Shown here in pieces: positions 1 to 10,094 of a stretch of DNA of 36,362 bases; the first letter of the stretch is position 1; the number at the start of each line of letters is the position of its first letter. The notes under the pieces are model-generated. The model was not told the DNA's origin and did no database searches. It was given only the letters and a program-made list of their open reading frames with translations. A program made the position numbers and the translations under genes. The DNA lies in the IMG/VR virus record IMGVR_UViG_3300046778_000227, positions 1 to 36,362 of that record; one strand, 5' to 3'. The stretch comes from a virus. Lineage: Duplodnaviria > Caudoviricetes.

Positions 1-299
1 AGTGGATGCAGCCTGCGACTATGCAGCCCAAGAAATTGATTGCTATTTAGCGTTGCGTTATGCGTTGCCGATCGCATCAGTGCCGATGGTGCTGACTAAC
101 AAAGCCGCCGATATTGCTCGTTATCAGTTAGAGCATAATGACCCTCGCGAGGACGTGCGAAAACGCTACGAAGACGCGATCGTCTGGCTCAAGTTCGTAG
201 CAGCCGGAAAGATTGGTCTAGGGCTAAATCCGATCGGTGAGGAAGTGGAAAGTGACAGTCCCACCTACTCCGTCGAAGCCTTGCACCCGGAGCCTATAT
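1..299 (+). repeat. Terminal direct repeat (circular assembly overlap), copy 1
   Basis: 1-299 equals 36064-36362 except for 3 substitutions. Confidence 0.95.
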
Positions 300-328
300 T
301 CACCGATGTCGCACTATCGGGGTACTGA
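1..328 (+). CDS. Mu gp36-like (DUF1320) head-tail connector, 3' part; the gene starts at 35960 and spans the circular junction
   Basis: EIDCYLALRYALP...DIARYQL...RKRYEDAIVWLKFVAAGK matches the gp36/DUF1320 pattern; in frame with ATG 35960 through the terminal overlap. Confidence 0.85.
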   Translation, partial: VDAACDYAAQEIDCYLALRYALPIASVPMVLTNKAADIARYQLEHNDPREDVRKRYEDAIVWLKFVAAGKIGLGLNPIGEEVESDSPTYSVEALHPEPIFTDVALSGY

Positions 329-329
329 T

Positions 330-770
330 GTGATTGAGGACGTAGAGCAGCTCCTAATCGATCGACTTAAAACGGCTCCCAACCTGGGCGATCGGGTTCA
401 TGTCCTGGGGTTCCCTGGGAAGCCCAATGAAGATGCAGCTCGGATTCGTGGCAGTGCTGCAATCCTTGTCAAATTTGGCCGATTAAAACTCGAACCCGAA
501 GGTGGCAACGGATATCAAACGGTTCAGGCTGGAACTTTAGAATTTGAGTTTCGATTGCTGGTCAAAGACCTTCGATCGCACGTCGGAGCCTACGACCTGA
601 TTGAAATCATCGTTGATCGCATCTCACGATACCAACCGCCGAATCTGGGACCCTGGGGTTTTGGGGTATCGGGGTTTCAGGTGAGTGAGGCGGTGTTAAT
701 CGATCGGGGTGAAGCAATTTGGGACTGGGGAATGACGGCAAAAATTGATTTGATTTATCACAAGGAATAG
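330..770 (+). CDS. Mu gp37-like tail terminator/neck protein
   Basis: GTG start just after the gp36 stop; IEDVEQLLIDRLK and LRSHVGAYDLIE motifs; position after gp36. Confidence 0.65.
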   Translation: MIEDVEQLLIDRLKTAPNLGDRVHVLGFPGKPNEDAARIRGSAAILVKFGRLKLEPEGGNGYQTVQAGTLEFEFRLLVKDLRSHVGAYDLIEIIVDRISRYQPPNLGPWGFGVSGFQVSEAVLIDRGEAIWDWGMTAKIDLIYHKE

Positions 771-775
771 ACATT

Positions 776-1576
776 ATGAGCGGAATTGCGATCGGTTTTG
801 GGGATGCAGATGTTCGATCGACTTCGATCGCGGGCGGTCCCGGTAATCAAAAATTATTCAGATATCCTCTCTTCAGTTTTGAATTAGACCAGGAATCTAA
901 AAACGAAGAAGTCCTCGCCTATAACGCAGGCATCCACCAAACAGAAGACATCCTAGAGGGTACCACCACCACCACCCTCAAGCTGTCCACGGAGGTCGTC
1001 AACTGGGGCATGATGGGGCTTGCTCAAAACCAAATCGAACGAACGCTGACAAACTTCAGCCTGCCCCGACTCAAGCGGTCAACGGTCCCTTTGACCGCGC
1101 CCTACGAAATTGTAGACACAGACCTTACGACGGCAAACACGGCTAAGACATTGGTAAGTATCGATCGCTACGGCACCTGGGGCCAAACCGGAACCCTGAC
1201 GCTCTCGGCCACGGCACCCGCTGCCCGATCGGTTCAAATCGTCACAGCCTCCACCAAGCTGGTCTTTAACGCGGCTCAAGCGGGCGCACCTGTCACCTAC
1301 ATCACAGACCAGGTTATCCCGGCTGCAAACGTCTACGGCGGTCCTGGACAATCGGCGCAAATTGGTGAAATGGAATTCTGTGGAACCATCTACGACAACT
1401 CAAACGACCCCAGCAATGGCCAGTACATTTGGATTCCCCGCATCAAACGGTTCACCGCACCAAAGCTGAACTTTGCAGGCGGTAAAGCGAAACTTGAAAC
1501 CGAGTTTCGCTGTCTATCGGTGCCCGGTTGGACCAATCCGTTCATGCAAATTGACCTCCATTCGATCGTTTCCTGA
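776..1576 (+). CDS. Probable major tail (tube) protein
   Basis: 266 aa, beta/Thr-rich, lies between the neck gene and the chaperone/tape measure; no sheath gene seen. Confidence 0.55.
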   Translation: MSGIAIGFGDADVRSTSIAGGPGNQKLFRYPLFSFELDQESKNEEVLAYNAGIHQTEDILEGTTTTTLKLSTEVVNWGMMGLAQNQIERTLTNFSLPRLKRSTVPLTAPYEIVDTDLTTANTAKTLVSIDRYGTWGQTGTLTLSATAPAARSVQIVTASTKLVFNAAQAGAPVTYITDQVIPAANVYGGPGQSAQIGEMEFCGTIYDNSNDPSNGQYIWIPRIKRFTAPKLNFAGGKAKLETEFRCLSVPGWTNPFMQIDLHSIVS

Positions 1577-1587
1577 TTAATCGTCTA

Positions 1588-2139
1588 ATGAAGTGGATTG
1601 ACCTAGACCTAGACACCTACACTTTCGAGGGCGTAGACGGGGAAATTCATACCTTTCCCGGCTGCTCCCTTGTCGGTTTTTTCGAGTTTGAAAACCGACT
1701 GATCGAGCTGCAAAGTTTGCTATCGGACGCGGCGGAAGTGATGCCTGTGCAATCGCTTTACCAATCGGATAACCGATTTAGATGGACGATCGATCGATGT
1801 TTAAAGCTGAATGGCATTAACCCCGATTGGTGCAATTGGCAGATTGTAGAACAGATGCTATTCACGCCCGGACTCTTGCGGGAGGTGAACAGCCCCAAGT
1901 CCTCAAACACTACGGGTGAAGGGAAGGCACCCGATCTGGCCGAATTGATTGCGGGAATTGCCCATGCGACGGGTTCAATTACGGAGGCGATCGAACTGGC
2001 AAAGTCCCAGCCGCTGAATGCTTTGGTCGATATTATCGAAGCCTATACTCAGGCTCAATTTCCGCCTGATGAACAGCATAAAAAGGGCTTTGATGAGTGG
2101 ATGGAAAACGCGAGGAATGAAGCCTTTGGGGTGAATTAA
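1588..2139 (+). CDS. Probable tail assembly chaperone
   Basis: Acidic 183-aa ORF immediately upstream of the tape measure; synteny only. Confidence 0.45.
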   Translation: MKWIDLDLDTYTFEGVDGEIHTFPGCSLVGFFEFENRLIELQSLLSDAAEVMPVQSLYQSDNRFRWTIDRCLKLNGINPDWCNWQIVEQMLFTPGLLREVNSPKSSNTTGEGKAPDLAELIAGIAHATGSITEAIELAKSQPLNALVDIIEAYTQAQFPPDEQHKKGFDEWMENARNEAFGVN

Positions 2140-5063
2140 TGGCAGGTCAGCAAATTACTTTAGGGCTGCTAATTTCCGCGACGGGTGGTCAAAGAACCGT
2201 TGCGGAATTGTTGGCATTGCAGGCCGCTGCTAGACGGATCGCTGATGAAGCGCCGGGGATTGCTCAATTGGCAAATGCTTTTGGTATTACTGGAAATGCC
2301 GCAAGAAGGCTGATGACTGATATTGGAAAAACGCCAGAAGAGATTTTAGAAATTGCTGAATCTTTAAAGGCAATGCGATCGGCTGGAGCGTCCAGTGCCG
2401 AACAAATTTTAGGTTTATCGGCGAGATTTGGTCTCACAGCAGATCAAGCAAGAAGACTACAGGCAAGCATAAGAGGGACTTTTGACAATGAAAATACTAG
2501 AATTTCTCAGTTTGGCGATGGCGTGGGGGCTTTGGCTTTTAAATTTAACAATGTTATTACTGCTATCCAATCCCTCGCCGCCGCTGCAAAACCAGCCTAC
2601 GACCTGCTGATTGGAAGTAACGAAAAATTAAATGCTCAGCTACTAAGCAGCCAAACAAATCTGGCAAGCTCCACCCGAATTTCCCAGGGTGGTCAAGACA
2701 TTACCGACCCGATCGCAAAAATCCAAGCAACGCAACCAGCACTGAAAGCAGCACTGAAGCAGGTTGAAGAAGACACCCGATCGCTGGTCGGTGTGACCAG
2801 CTCCCAAGTCAATGAGCTGTTCCAAATCACGCTGACCAATGCCGCATCACTCAATAATCAATCCAAACAATTCCCGGACCCGATCGCTGCTGCAACGTCC
2901 CTAACTAAAGGCTGGGCGGCATCGCTAAAAGTGATTGGGATTCCGCTGGACCAAGCGCGACAGGAAATCAATTCGATCGTCAAAGGGCAGGTGGATCAGA
3001 ATTCCCTCTTGGCTAAAAACCTGAACATCAGCAATGAGCAGGTTAATAAATGGAAAGGTCAAGGCATCCTGGTTGATGAGTTGAATAAAAGGCTTGAGGT
3101 CTTTGTCGCCGGGAACAAGATTGCATCCAATAGCATTGAGGGTATTGGCTCCAATATTCAAGAATTGTTTGAAGTCTTTGGTCGCAATGCAGGCGCGCCA
3201 TTTTTGCAGCCAACGATCGATGCTCTGCAAGCGGTGTTTGAATACTTGGATGCGAACAAAGCTGCGATCAATCAGTTCCTGTCTGAGATTGCCACGGTGC
3301 TACTGTCCACAGGTCAAAAACTTGGCACAGCCCTAGAACCCTTTGGCCGAACGTTGCTCAGTATTGGAGAGCAAGCGGGACCGATTTTGCTCAATGCCTT
3401 TGAAGGGTTGTCGTCAGTGTTGGCTGGTCTGGTTACGGCACTCGCCCCGATCGCCAACTTCATTGCCCAAATCATCGAACAGATTGCCCGATTCGCGAAT
3501 ACAGACATCGGAGGCATTGTCGTTCAAGCCGTAGCCGTAACCGCTGCTTTCGTTCAACTGGGAACGATCGTCGCCGGATTTGCCGCAGCCACGATGCCAG
3601 CGGCCTTAGTCGCGGTAACAGGTTTGAGCGGTGCTTTTGCCACATTGTCTACAGGAGTAGTGGCACTCGCAACAGGTGGGATTCCCGGATTGATTGCGGC
3701 GTTCCCTGGATTGATTGCGGGGCTTGGTGCGGTTTCGACGGCCGCTTTACCTGTCGCGGCTGCATTGGCACCTTTAGCTGGGGCGATCGCCTTAACCTTC
3801 ATTGTCAAAGGAACTGAGGACTTAAAGAAATCCCAGGAAGAACTAGACCTGATGCGCAACGGAACAGAGCAGCTCGCCGATGAATCCATCCAGTATGCTT
3901 CCAAGCTTCGGAACCTTGCCCAAGCCCAAAAAGAAAACGGCTCTCTTACCGCAGAGCAGACTAAAGAACAGCGGCTTTACTCCGACCTTGCCAAACAAAC
4001 CATCAAAGCCAATGAGGGCCAAATTGCTGCACTCAAAGCCCTAACTCCAGCCAGTAAGGAACAAATTTCTCAACAGCAAATCCAAATCGCTGAACTTGAG
4101 CGGATGAACAAGACGCTCAGCAGCGCGTCGGGTGGGATTAAAATTCAGGGGAAAGAGCTGGAGGTTTTGGGCAGTTCCTATGAGCAGCTTGCTAAGAAAG
4201 TAAATAATTCTAATAACGCAATTAACAACGCTCAAACCAATGAGGAAGCAAGTAAAGCCGCGACGGAATTAATTAAAACGATCGAATCCCAACAGGAACT
4301 TGCTGCAAAATCTGGAAAAATTACAACAGATGCCGCTGTCGAACAATTGCGTGCGATCGAGGAAAACGCAAAACTTGAAGTCGATGTAAAAGAGGCCGCA
4401 TCCGAAGCGATTGTCAAAATCCGTAAAGGCGAAATTAGCAAAGTCAAGGACCTTTTAGATCAGGGTAACTTAACCGAAGTTGCAGCGATCGGACGGCTTC
4501 AAGAGTTGCGGACAAAGGCTGAATCCCCTGAAATAGCAAAAGCCGCCTCTAATCAAATCATTGCCGTTCGGAAGTCTCAGGTGGATGCGGAAGTTGCCGT
4601 CATTCAAGCGGGACTTGCAGAAATTGAAGCCGCCAAAGCTAAGGGCGAAATTAACGAGATTGAAGCAGAGCAACAAACAACTAAACTAAAGCAAGAGGAA
4701 ATCAAAAAACGGATTGACCAGGCTCGTGAGGAAGCGAACCTCGCCACCGGAGCCGATCGCGAGAAAGCCCTTGCCAATGTGAAAAAATTGAATGCGGAAT
4801 TAGAGAAGGCTGCGGCTGAATCGGCGGCACGTATTCTGGCCATCAAAATCAAAGCGATCGAAGACGAGAATGCCAAAGCCCTCGCCCTCGTCAAATTATC
4901 CGAGCAAGAGCGTAAAAACGAGATTCAGCGAAGCCTCAACGACCAATCCACCACCCAAGAAGCAGCTCGAAAAGAACAGCTTGATGCTCAAAGAGAAAGT
5001 TTAGAAAAGGAAGTTGAAATTGCCAAAAACAATCAGCAACCCCAAAGCCCGCGAGGATTTTGA
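2139..5063 (+). CDS. Tail tape measure protein, N-terminal part (frameshifted near 5025-5029)
   Basis: Ala/Gln/Glu/Lys-rich helical protein with a central hydrophobic stretch; coding continues in another frame. Confidence 0.85.
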   Translation: MAGQQITLGLLISATGGQRTVAELLALQAAARRIADEAPGIAQLANAFGITGNAARRLMTDIGKTPEEILEIAESLKAMRSAGASSAEQILGLSARFGLTADQARRLQASIRGTFDNENTRISQFGDGVGALAFKFNNVITAIQSLAAAAKPAYDLLIGSNEKLNAQLLSSQTNLASSTRISQGGQDITDPIAKIQATQPALKAALKQVEEDTRSLVGVTSSQVNELFQITLTNAASLNNQSKQFPDPIAAATSLTKGWAASLKVIGIPLDQARQEINSIVKGQVDQNSLLAKNLNISNEQVNKWKGQGILVDELNKRLEVFVAGNKIASNSIEGIGSNIQELFEVFGRNAGAPFLQPTIDALQAVFEYLDANKAAINQFLSEIATVLLSTGQKLGTALEPFGRTLLSIGEQAGPILLNAFEGLSSVLAGLVTALAPIANFIAQIIEQIARFANTDIGGIVVQAVAVTAAFVQLGTIVAGFAAATMPAALVAVTGLSGAFATLSTGVVALATGGIPGLIAAFPGLIAGLGAVSTAALPVAAALAPLAGAIALTFIVKGTEDLKKSQEELDLMRNGTEQLADESIQYASKLRNLAQAQKENGSLTAEQTKEQRLYSDLAKQTIKANEGQIAALKALTPASKEQISQQQIQIAELERMNKTLSSASGGIKIQGKELEVLGSSYEQLAKKVNNSNNAINNAQTNEEASKAATELIKTIESQQELAAKSGKITTDAAVEQLRAIEENAKLEVDVKEAASEAIVKIRKGEISKVKDLLDQGNLTEVAAIGRLQELRTKAESPEIAKAASNQIIAVRKSQVDAEVAVIQAGLAEIEAAKAKGEINEIEAEQQTTKLKQEEIKKRIDQAREEANLATGADREKALANVKKLNAELEKAAAESAARILAIKIKAIEDENAKALALVKLSEQERKNEIQRSLNDQSTTQEAARKEQLDAQRESLEKEVEIAKNNQQPQSPRGF

Positions 5064-6405
5064 AAGACGTAAACTGGAGGCGGCCAACAAGACCGCTGGG
5101 GCAATTTCTAAACTCCTAGACAATGAAGCCGCACAAATCGAACTCCAGCGACAGAAAGTCATTCGCGCCATTGAAAAAGAACAGGATGCACGATCGAAGG
5201 CGATCGACCTGCAAATTGCTCAGTCCAACAAAATTGCTGCGGTTCGGAATGCCAATGCCACGGCAGCGGAACTCGCATCACAACGGGAAATCGCTGCGAT
5301 CGATGCGGCTAACCGGGCCTTGCAAACCCAAGGAAAAATCCTAGAAGCTCGAAGCCGACTGGAAAAAGCTCGCTTAGATGCAGCCTTGTTTCTAGCTGAG
5401 AAGTCTGGCGACCCCGATGCTGTCGCCGCCGTCAAAGCCGCCCAATTTGCCGCAGAACAAAAAGCGGCACAAACGGCCCTCGTTCAGCAAATTAAGGCCG
5501 AAGATATGGCCAATCGCCGCGCAGTGATTGAAGCCAAAATCAACGAACTCAAAGCGAAACAAGCCGTGCTTACCGCCCAACAAGCCGTAGCCGAAGCCAA
5601 TCTATCAGCCGCAAAAGCCAAGGGTGAAGCTGATGCAGCTTTGACCAAAGCAAACACCCTTGCACCCGGTGAGGCTAAGGACAAGGCGATCAATGATGCC
5701 AAACAGCAACAGCAGCTCGCGGCCGAACAAGGCGCAGCTCAGAAGGCCAATGCTGGGGCAGGTTTAGAAGTGGCGAAGCAGGGGGCGCAGCTTGCAGGTG
5801 AGGCCGTCAAGGAAGCCACTCAAAACGCGGCAGCCTCCAAAGAGTCCCAAGCATTGCAGCAACAGGCACTCAACCTCGAACAGCAGACCGCCAAGGCCCG
5901 GTTTGAATCAGAGGCCACGATCGCTCGTCAAAATGCTCTACTCTCCCAGCAACAAGCCACCCAAAGCGCCATCGCCCAGGATGCAGAACGCACCGCAGCG
6001 GCAAGGGGTAGCAGCGGTGGAACAGCCTCACCGCTTCCCGGTCGTCGTGAGGGTGGGTCCGTCGCGGCGGGTCGGGCGTATCTTGTCGGTGAAGTTGAAC
6101 CGGAAGTCTTTGTCCCCGGTGTCAGCGGCACAATTTTAAATCAATCTCAAATTGCCCGGAACCTGAGTGCATTTCAAGCGGCCCAATCGATCGGTGGCAT
6201 GAGTCCCCCCACGATCGCCGTCTCCCAAAACTCGACCGTGAGCATGGGCCAAAACGCGATCGTTGCTGAGTTGCAGGCGTTGCGAAAATTGGTAGGCGAT
6301 CGTCAACCTGTTTCGCAAATGAACGCAACTTTTGAGGCTCCTGATTCAGGGAGCTTTGACAAGTTTGCCAAGCTGCAACGATCGCTATTGAGGAATAAAT
6401 TATGA
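5014..6405 (+). CDS. Tail tape measure protein, C-terminal part
   Basis: Ala/Gln coiled coil ending in the typical TMP motif GRREGGSVAAGRAYLVGEVEPEVFVP; fuses with the upstream ORF if one A of A5 at 5025-5029 is removed (about 1421 aa). Confidence 0.8.
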   Translation: MKLPKTISNPKAREDFERRKLEAANKTAGAISKLLDNEAAQIELQRQKVIRAIEKEQDARSKAIDLQIAQSNKIAAVRNANATAAELASQREIAAIDAANRALQTQGKILEARSRLEKARLDAALFLAEKSGDPDAVAAVKAAQFAAEQKAAQTALVQQIKAEDMANRRAVIEAKINELKAKQAVLTAQQAVAEANLSAAKAKGEADAALTKANTLAPGEAKDKAINDAKQQQQLAAEQGAAQKANAGAGLEVAKQGAQLAGEAVKEATQNAAASKESQALQQQALNLEQQTAKARFESEATIARQNALLSQQQATQSAIAQDAERTAAARGSSGGTASPLPGRREGGSVAAGRAYLVGEVEPEVFVPGVSGTILNQSQIARNLSAFQAAQSIGGMSPPTIAVSQNSTVSMGQNAIVAELQALRKLVGDRQPVSQMNATFEAPDSGSFDKFAKLQRSLLRNKL

Positions 6406-6839
6406 GCTACGTTTCCTGGGTGGGGACGACGCCGACGAACCCGTACCCGATCGCCCAAAAACACATCATCCTCGCCCATCCCCTAGTGCCAGACGCGTTG
6501 ATTTTGGCCCAGTTTCAAACAGACCCCTACAGCCGATCGCTAGTCGGGTTTCCTGCTTCCGATGGGCGGTCCCGATCGGGGGGAATTCGGGTTAAGGGCG
6601 ATCGATATCCCGCTCAGCCCGAATGGGAGTTTAATTTGAGTTGCAAAACGCCGCAGCTCAATTTGTTTGAGGCGCTGCTGTCAGTGCAATCAACGTCACC
6701 TGTCCCTGTAACTTTTACCGATAATTTTTCAGGCACAGGGGCAGCGACAGTTTGGATCGATGTGGATGGACGATATGCGACTCCAGCGACGACGATCGAC
6801 CTGTGGAAATTGCAATTTAAATTAAGTAAAGAGGTTTGA
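6402..6839 (+). CDS. Probable distal tail protein
   Basis: 145 aa directly after the TMP and overlapping its stop; beta-rich; synteny. Confidence 0.5.
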   Translation: MSYVSWVGTTPTNPYPIAQKHIILAHPLVPDALILAQFQTDPYSRSLVGFPASDGRSRSGGIRVKGDRYPAQPEWEFNLSCKTPQLNLFEALLSVQSTSPVPVTFTDNFSGTGAATVWIDVDGRYATPATTIDLWKLQFKLSKEV

Positions 6840-7129
6840 TTTTGAGCGATCCGTTTGGCCCTAGAACAAAAATCATCAGCACCTATCGAGTCACCCAACA
6901 ACAGGTGCAAGCCCAAACGATCGGCAATCGAAAGTCTTGCTGTGCGGGGCAACTCGCCACCTATACCGATCGGGATCCGACGACGGGCGATCGACGATTA
7001 ATGATGTCAGACGGCGGCATGATTCGGCAAAATTGGATCACTAATTCAGCCCCTAAAGCCATTCCACCATTGACGATTCCCAGTCAGACGATCGGATTAA
7101 ATGGATACTCTAGCCAAAAACCGCGATGA
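6836..7129 (+). CDS. Small tail-tip protein (hypothetical)
   Basis: Translationally coupled on both sides within the tail operon. Confidence 0.5.
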   Translation: MILSDPFGPRTKIISTYRVTQQQVQAQTIGNRKSCCAGQLATYTDRDPTTGDRRLMMSDGGMIRQNWITNSAPKAIPPLTIPSQTIGLNGYSSQKPR

Positions 7130-8922
7130 GACTCAACTATAAAATCCCCAGTTATAAATTTAAGGTGGGTGCCTTTGATGCGTCGGATTTTTTGCGCAGC
7201 TTCGGGCTTAATTGTGGACCTTTAGAAATCAATGGTCCGGCGCTGTGGAGTGGTGATTTTGAATTAGATTACAACCGGATTGCAATGAGGCAAGGACTGA
7301 CTGAAGGTGACTTTGACCCGCTCTATACTCCAGGCCGTTGGAGACCAGGGCAAGCCCAAATCAATATCAAACTCAATAGCTATCCGTTGCCACCCCTGAG
7401 AATTGAAAACTATGTCTACGATGCGCAGACGCGGACCGGACGGGGACGACTGGTTCAGATACTTGAATTGATTGGGGGCGATCGGCCCTCAGCAGAACCT
7501 GAAGTGACCATCCCCGGCGACGGCCTTCCCTTGAACCGGGCGATCGAAGAGTTGCTCAAATCGGCCTATGCCCTGGCCAATCTCACCCCGACATTAGCCA
7601 TTTCAAACACGGCTATCACTGGCGTGATTCAATCGCCACTCATCACCCGTGACCCGATCGCCGATGCCCAAAAATTAGCGGGTGTGAACTGGCAGTGGCT
7701 AACCGTCACACAGGCCGAATCGACGACGGTGTTTAGTGGAAAGCCCAGTGATCATGCAATTCTGTTTAGCCGATCGATCGGGCAGGTGGAATGGGAACCG
7801 GACTTGGACGCAATCCATTTCGCAGCGCCTAAAGTCATTGTCACGGGTAGCCGTCAAGTCTTGGATGATGTGCCGGATTGTCCTGCCGATCCAAATCCAG
7901 CGGCGGATAGTAAGGGCAGACCAAAGCGCGTCACCACCGAACAATTTGAACCTTTTGGAAAAGTGTTCCCCAAATCGGGGACCAGTACAAACCCAGTAAT
8001 TTCCATGAGGAAAACGATCCAGTATGCTTATAACAAGGCTGATACAGGAATTAGTACGATCGGATGGTCACTCCCCTTTGACGTAGGCAGTGATTTGAAT
8101 ACGGCAACTTCGCTCAATACAAAAGACTTCGACGCAAACACGCCGATTAAAACGTTGACGATAATTGAAGAACCCTTTGGGAAAGTGTTTCCAAAATCGG
8201 GGACTAGCGCCAATCTTGTCGTTAGTAAGGCGATTGTTGAAACGCCATTTGTCCGGGCTGAATATATCCCGTTTGGCATCATTTTTCCGTCGTCGGGCAC
8301 CTCTTTAAATTTATATGCTGCTCCAAGGGAAGTTTTGACCAATCAACGTGTCGCTCAAAAGCCTGACCATGGGGGGGAAATTGACCCTCTTACAGGCAAA
8401 CCGAGATGCTTTGAAAAGCCTCCAGAACTAGAAGACGCTCAACCTGTCCCCCAAAAACCCTTAAAAACTGAGGTCGTGAAGGGAGAGGCGATCGTCACTA
8501 CCCCGAACTGGACTCCATTGATTCCGAGGCCGTTGATTGAAGAGGTGGGCTTTATTCCAACGCCGGGACATGCGACGAATTTGGCTCAGCAGATTGCATT
8601 GAGGGAGCAGGGACGACGGAGCGCGGTGCAAGTCTCTATGCCGATTCCCCTTGAGTGGCTTCAGGCTAGTTGCCCGCCCGCCTTTCGGATACTCTGTCAT
8701 GATGGTGAATTTTGGGGTGAGGGTCCGATCGTGGCGTTCTCTGAGGGGTTTGCAGAGTTCTCATTCAGCGGTGGCCGCATTGGGACATTGGCGACTGTCA
8801 TTGCTGAGGCGGCACCTTATCCAGTTTTTGAGTATGGTCAGGCATCAATATCGGTGCCGCCGAATATTGTCAGTCCGGTTGGCGCTCCGGTTAATATTCC
8901 GATCGTTGTGGGAGGTGTGTGA
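7126..8922 (+). CDS. Tail tip/baseplate hub-like protein
   Basis: 598 aa in the tail operon; three internal PFGKVFPKSGTS-type repeats. Confidence 0.55.
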   Translation: MRLNYKIPSYKFKVGAFDASDFLRSFGLNCGPLEINGPALWSGDFELDYNRIAMRQGLTEGDFDPLYTPGRWRPGQAQINIKLNSYPLPPLRIENYVYDAQTRTGRGRLVQILELIGGDRPSAEPEVTIPGDGLPLNRAIEELLKSAYALANLTPTLAISNTAITGVIQSPLITRDPIADAQKLAGVNWQWLTVTQAESTTVFSGKPSDHAILFSRSIGQVEWEPDLDAIHFAAPKVIVTGSRQVLDDVPDCPADPNPAADSKGRPKRVTTEQFEPFGKVFPKSGTSTNPVISMRKTIQYAYNKADTGISTIGWSLPFDVGSDLNTATSLNTKDFDANTPIKTLTIIEEPFGKVFPKSGTSANLVVSKAIVETPFVRAEYIPFGIIFPSSGTSLNLYAAPREVLTNQRVAQKPDHGGEIDPLTGKPRCFEKPPELEDAQPVPQKPLKTEVVKGEAIVTTPNWTPLIPRPLIEEVGFIPTPGHATNLAQQIALREQGRRSAVQVSMPIPLEWLQASCPPAFRILCHDGEFWGEGPIVAFSEGFAEFSFSGGRIGTLATVIAEAAPYPVFEYGQASISVPPNIVSPVGAPVNIPIVVGGV

Positions 8923-9368
8923 TGGGTTGGGTTTACACCATGAGTCCGATCGTCCCTGGGTTGACAATCATTGCCGATCCGGTTGACAGTCGAATCGCTG
9001 AATTAGTGGGCGTTCCGGTGGGTTCATTTAGTGGACCGATTACGATCGCGGCGACCGATGGAACGCTTGCATTAACCAGGGTGGTGATGTTGGAGAGTGC
9101 TGTTCCGGTGGTGACGAGTATTGCGTCTTTGGAATTTGATGTTGCGTTGCGGCCTACGATCGAATTTCGATTTCAGGAAGCTGACCTTGATTTGATTCGA
9201 TTGAATCTACTCTTTGAATTTAAAGAGCAGATTCCTATCAAAATGAATGTGATGCCAAAGGTTAGATTTGAATTCACCCCCATTCAACCGATCGGGCCAG
9301 TCAATTCAAATTTTGAACCTAGTATTGAGTTCTTTTTTACTGAAACCATAATCAACAACGGAAGCTGA
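8919..9368 (+). CDS. Tail protein with Ig-like segment, possibly the frameshifted C-terminus of 7126-8922
   Basis: VYTMSPIVPGLTI...ELVGVPVGSFSGPITIAATDG resembles a putative-Ig (He_PIG-like) domain whose start lies at the end of the upstream ORF. Confidence 0.5.
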   Translation: MMGWVYTMSPIVPGLTIIADPVDSRIAELVGVPVGSFSGPITIAATDGTLALTRVVMLESAVPVVTSIASLEFDVALRPTIEFRFQEADLDLIRLNLLFEFKEQIPIKMNVMPKVRFEFTPIQPIGPVNSNFEPSIEFFFTETIINNGS

Positions 9369-9371
9369 ACG

Positions 9372-10091
9372 ATGACGATTACTGGACAAGCTAGCCCGAC
9401 CTTACTTAAAAACATTTTGGATAATGGCATACCCTCAAATAGTATTGCTGGACATTTGATTTTGATTGAACCGGGGCTGCGGACGATCGCGGTGGAGAGT
9501 GTGAGTGCGGCAAATAATACCGTGACAATGGATGGGGGAATCGATCATTTTCCTGTTGGCTCAAAAGTCAGAGTTAGCGCAGGTTCAGGCGGGATTTTGC
9601 CCTCGCCTTTGGTTGCGACGCAGGATTATTTTGTGATTCTTGGCAACAGTGATGGAGAGATTGGATTGTGCTTGACGTTGGCGGATGCGATCGCCTCAGA
9701 TAATTACAACTCGTATTCCGTGGACATCACAGACGGTGGGGCGCTTCCACTCAATATTTTGGAGCAGCCGTTAGATGCAAAAGCACCGATCGCACAAATT
9801 GTTCGCCATGAAATTAAGCCGAGCGTCGTCCTCGGCTACGAACGAAAACCTATTGCATTTTCATCAGGTCAAATCGGGCCATCATCGGCGACCAAACCTC
9901 CAATCGTCGCGATGTGGACGATCGGTTCTACAGCCCTGAATTACTCAGCCTGGGCCATCCTTTGGGACGGTATTTCTATCCCTGGTGATTCGGGTGGGAG
10001 TGGCATGGTTTACGCCTCTGATGGGGTAACGCGGACGATCGCAGCGAATGACACGGGTGGGGTCACGATTAATGTTTCATTATTGAATTAA
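9372..10091 (+). CDS. Tail-associated structural protein
   Basis: Gly/Ser/Thr/Ile-rich; GSKVRVSAGSGGILPSPLVATQDYFVI is a motif type seen in phage tail proteins. Confidence 0.5.
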   Translation: MTITGQASPTLLKNILDNGIPSNSIAGHLILIEPGLRTIAVESVSAANNTVTMDGGIDHFPVGSKVRVSAGSGGILPSPLVATQDYFVILGNSDGEIGLCLTLADAIASDNYNSYSVDITDGGALPLNILEQPLDAKAPIAQIVRHEIKPSVVLGYERKPIAFSSGQIGPSSATKPPIVAMWTIGSTALNYSAWAILWDGISIPGDSGGSGMVYASDGVTRTIAANDTGGVTINVSLLN

Positions 10092-10094
10092 TCC

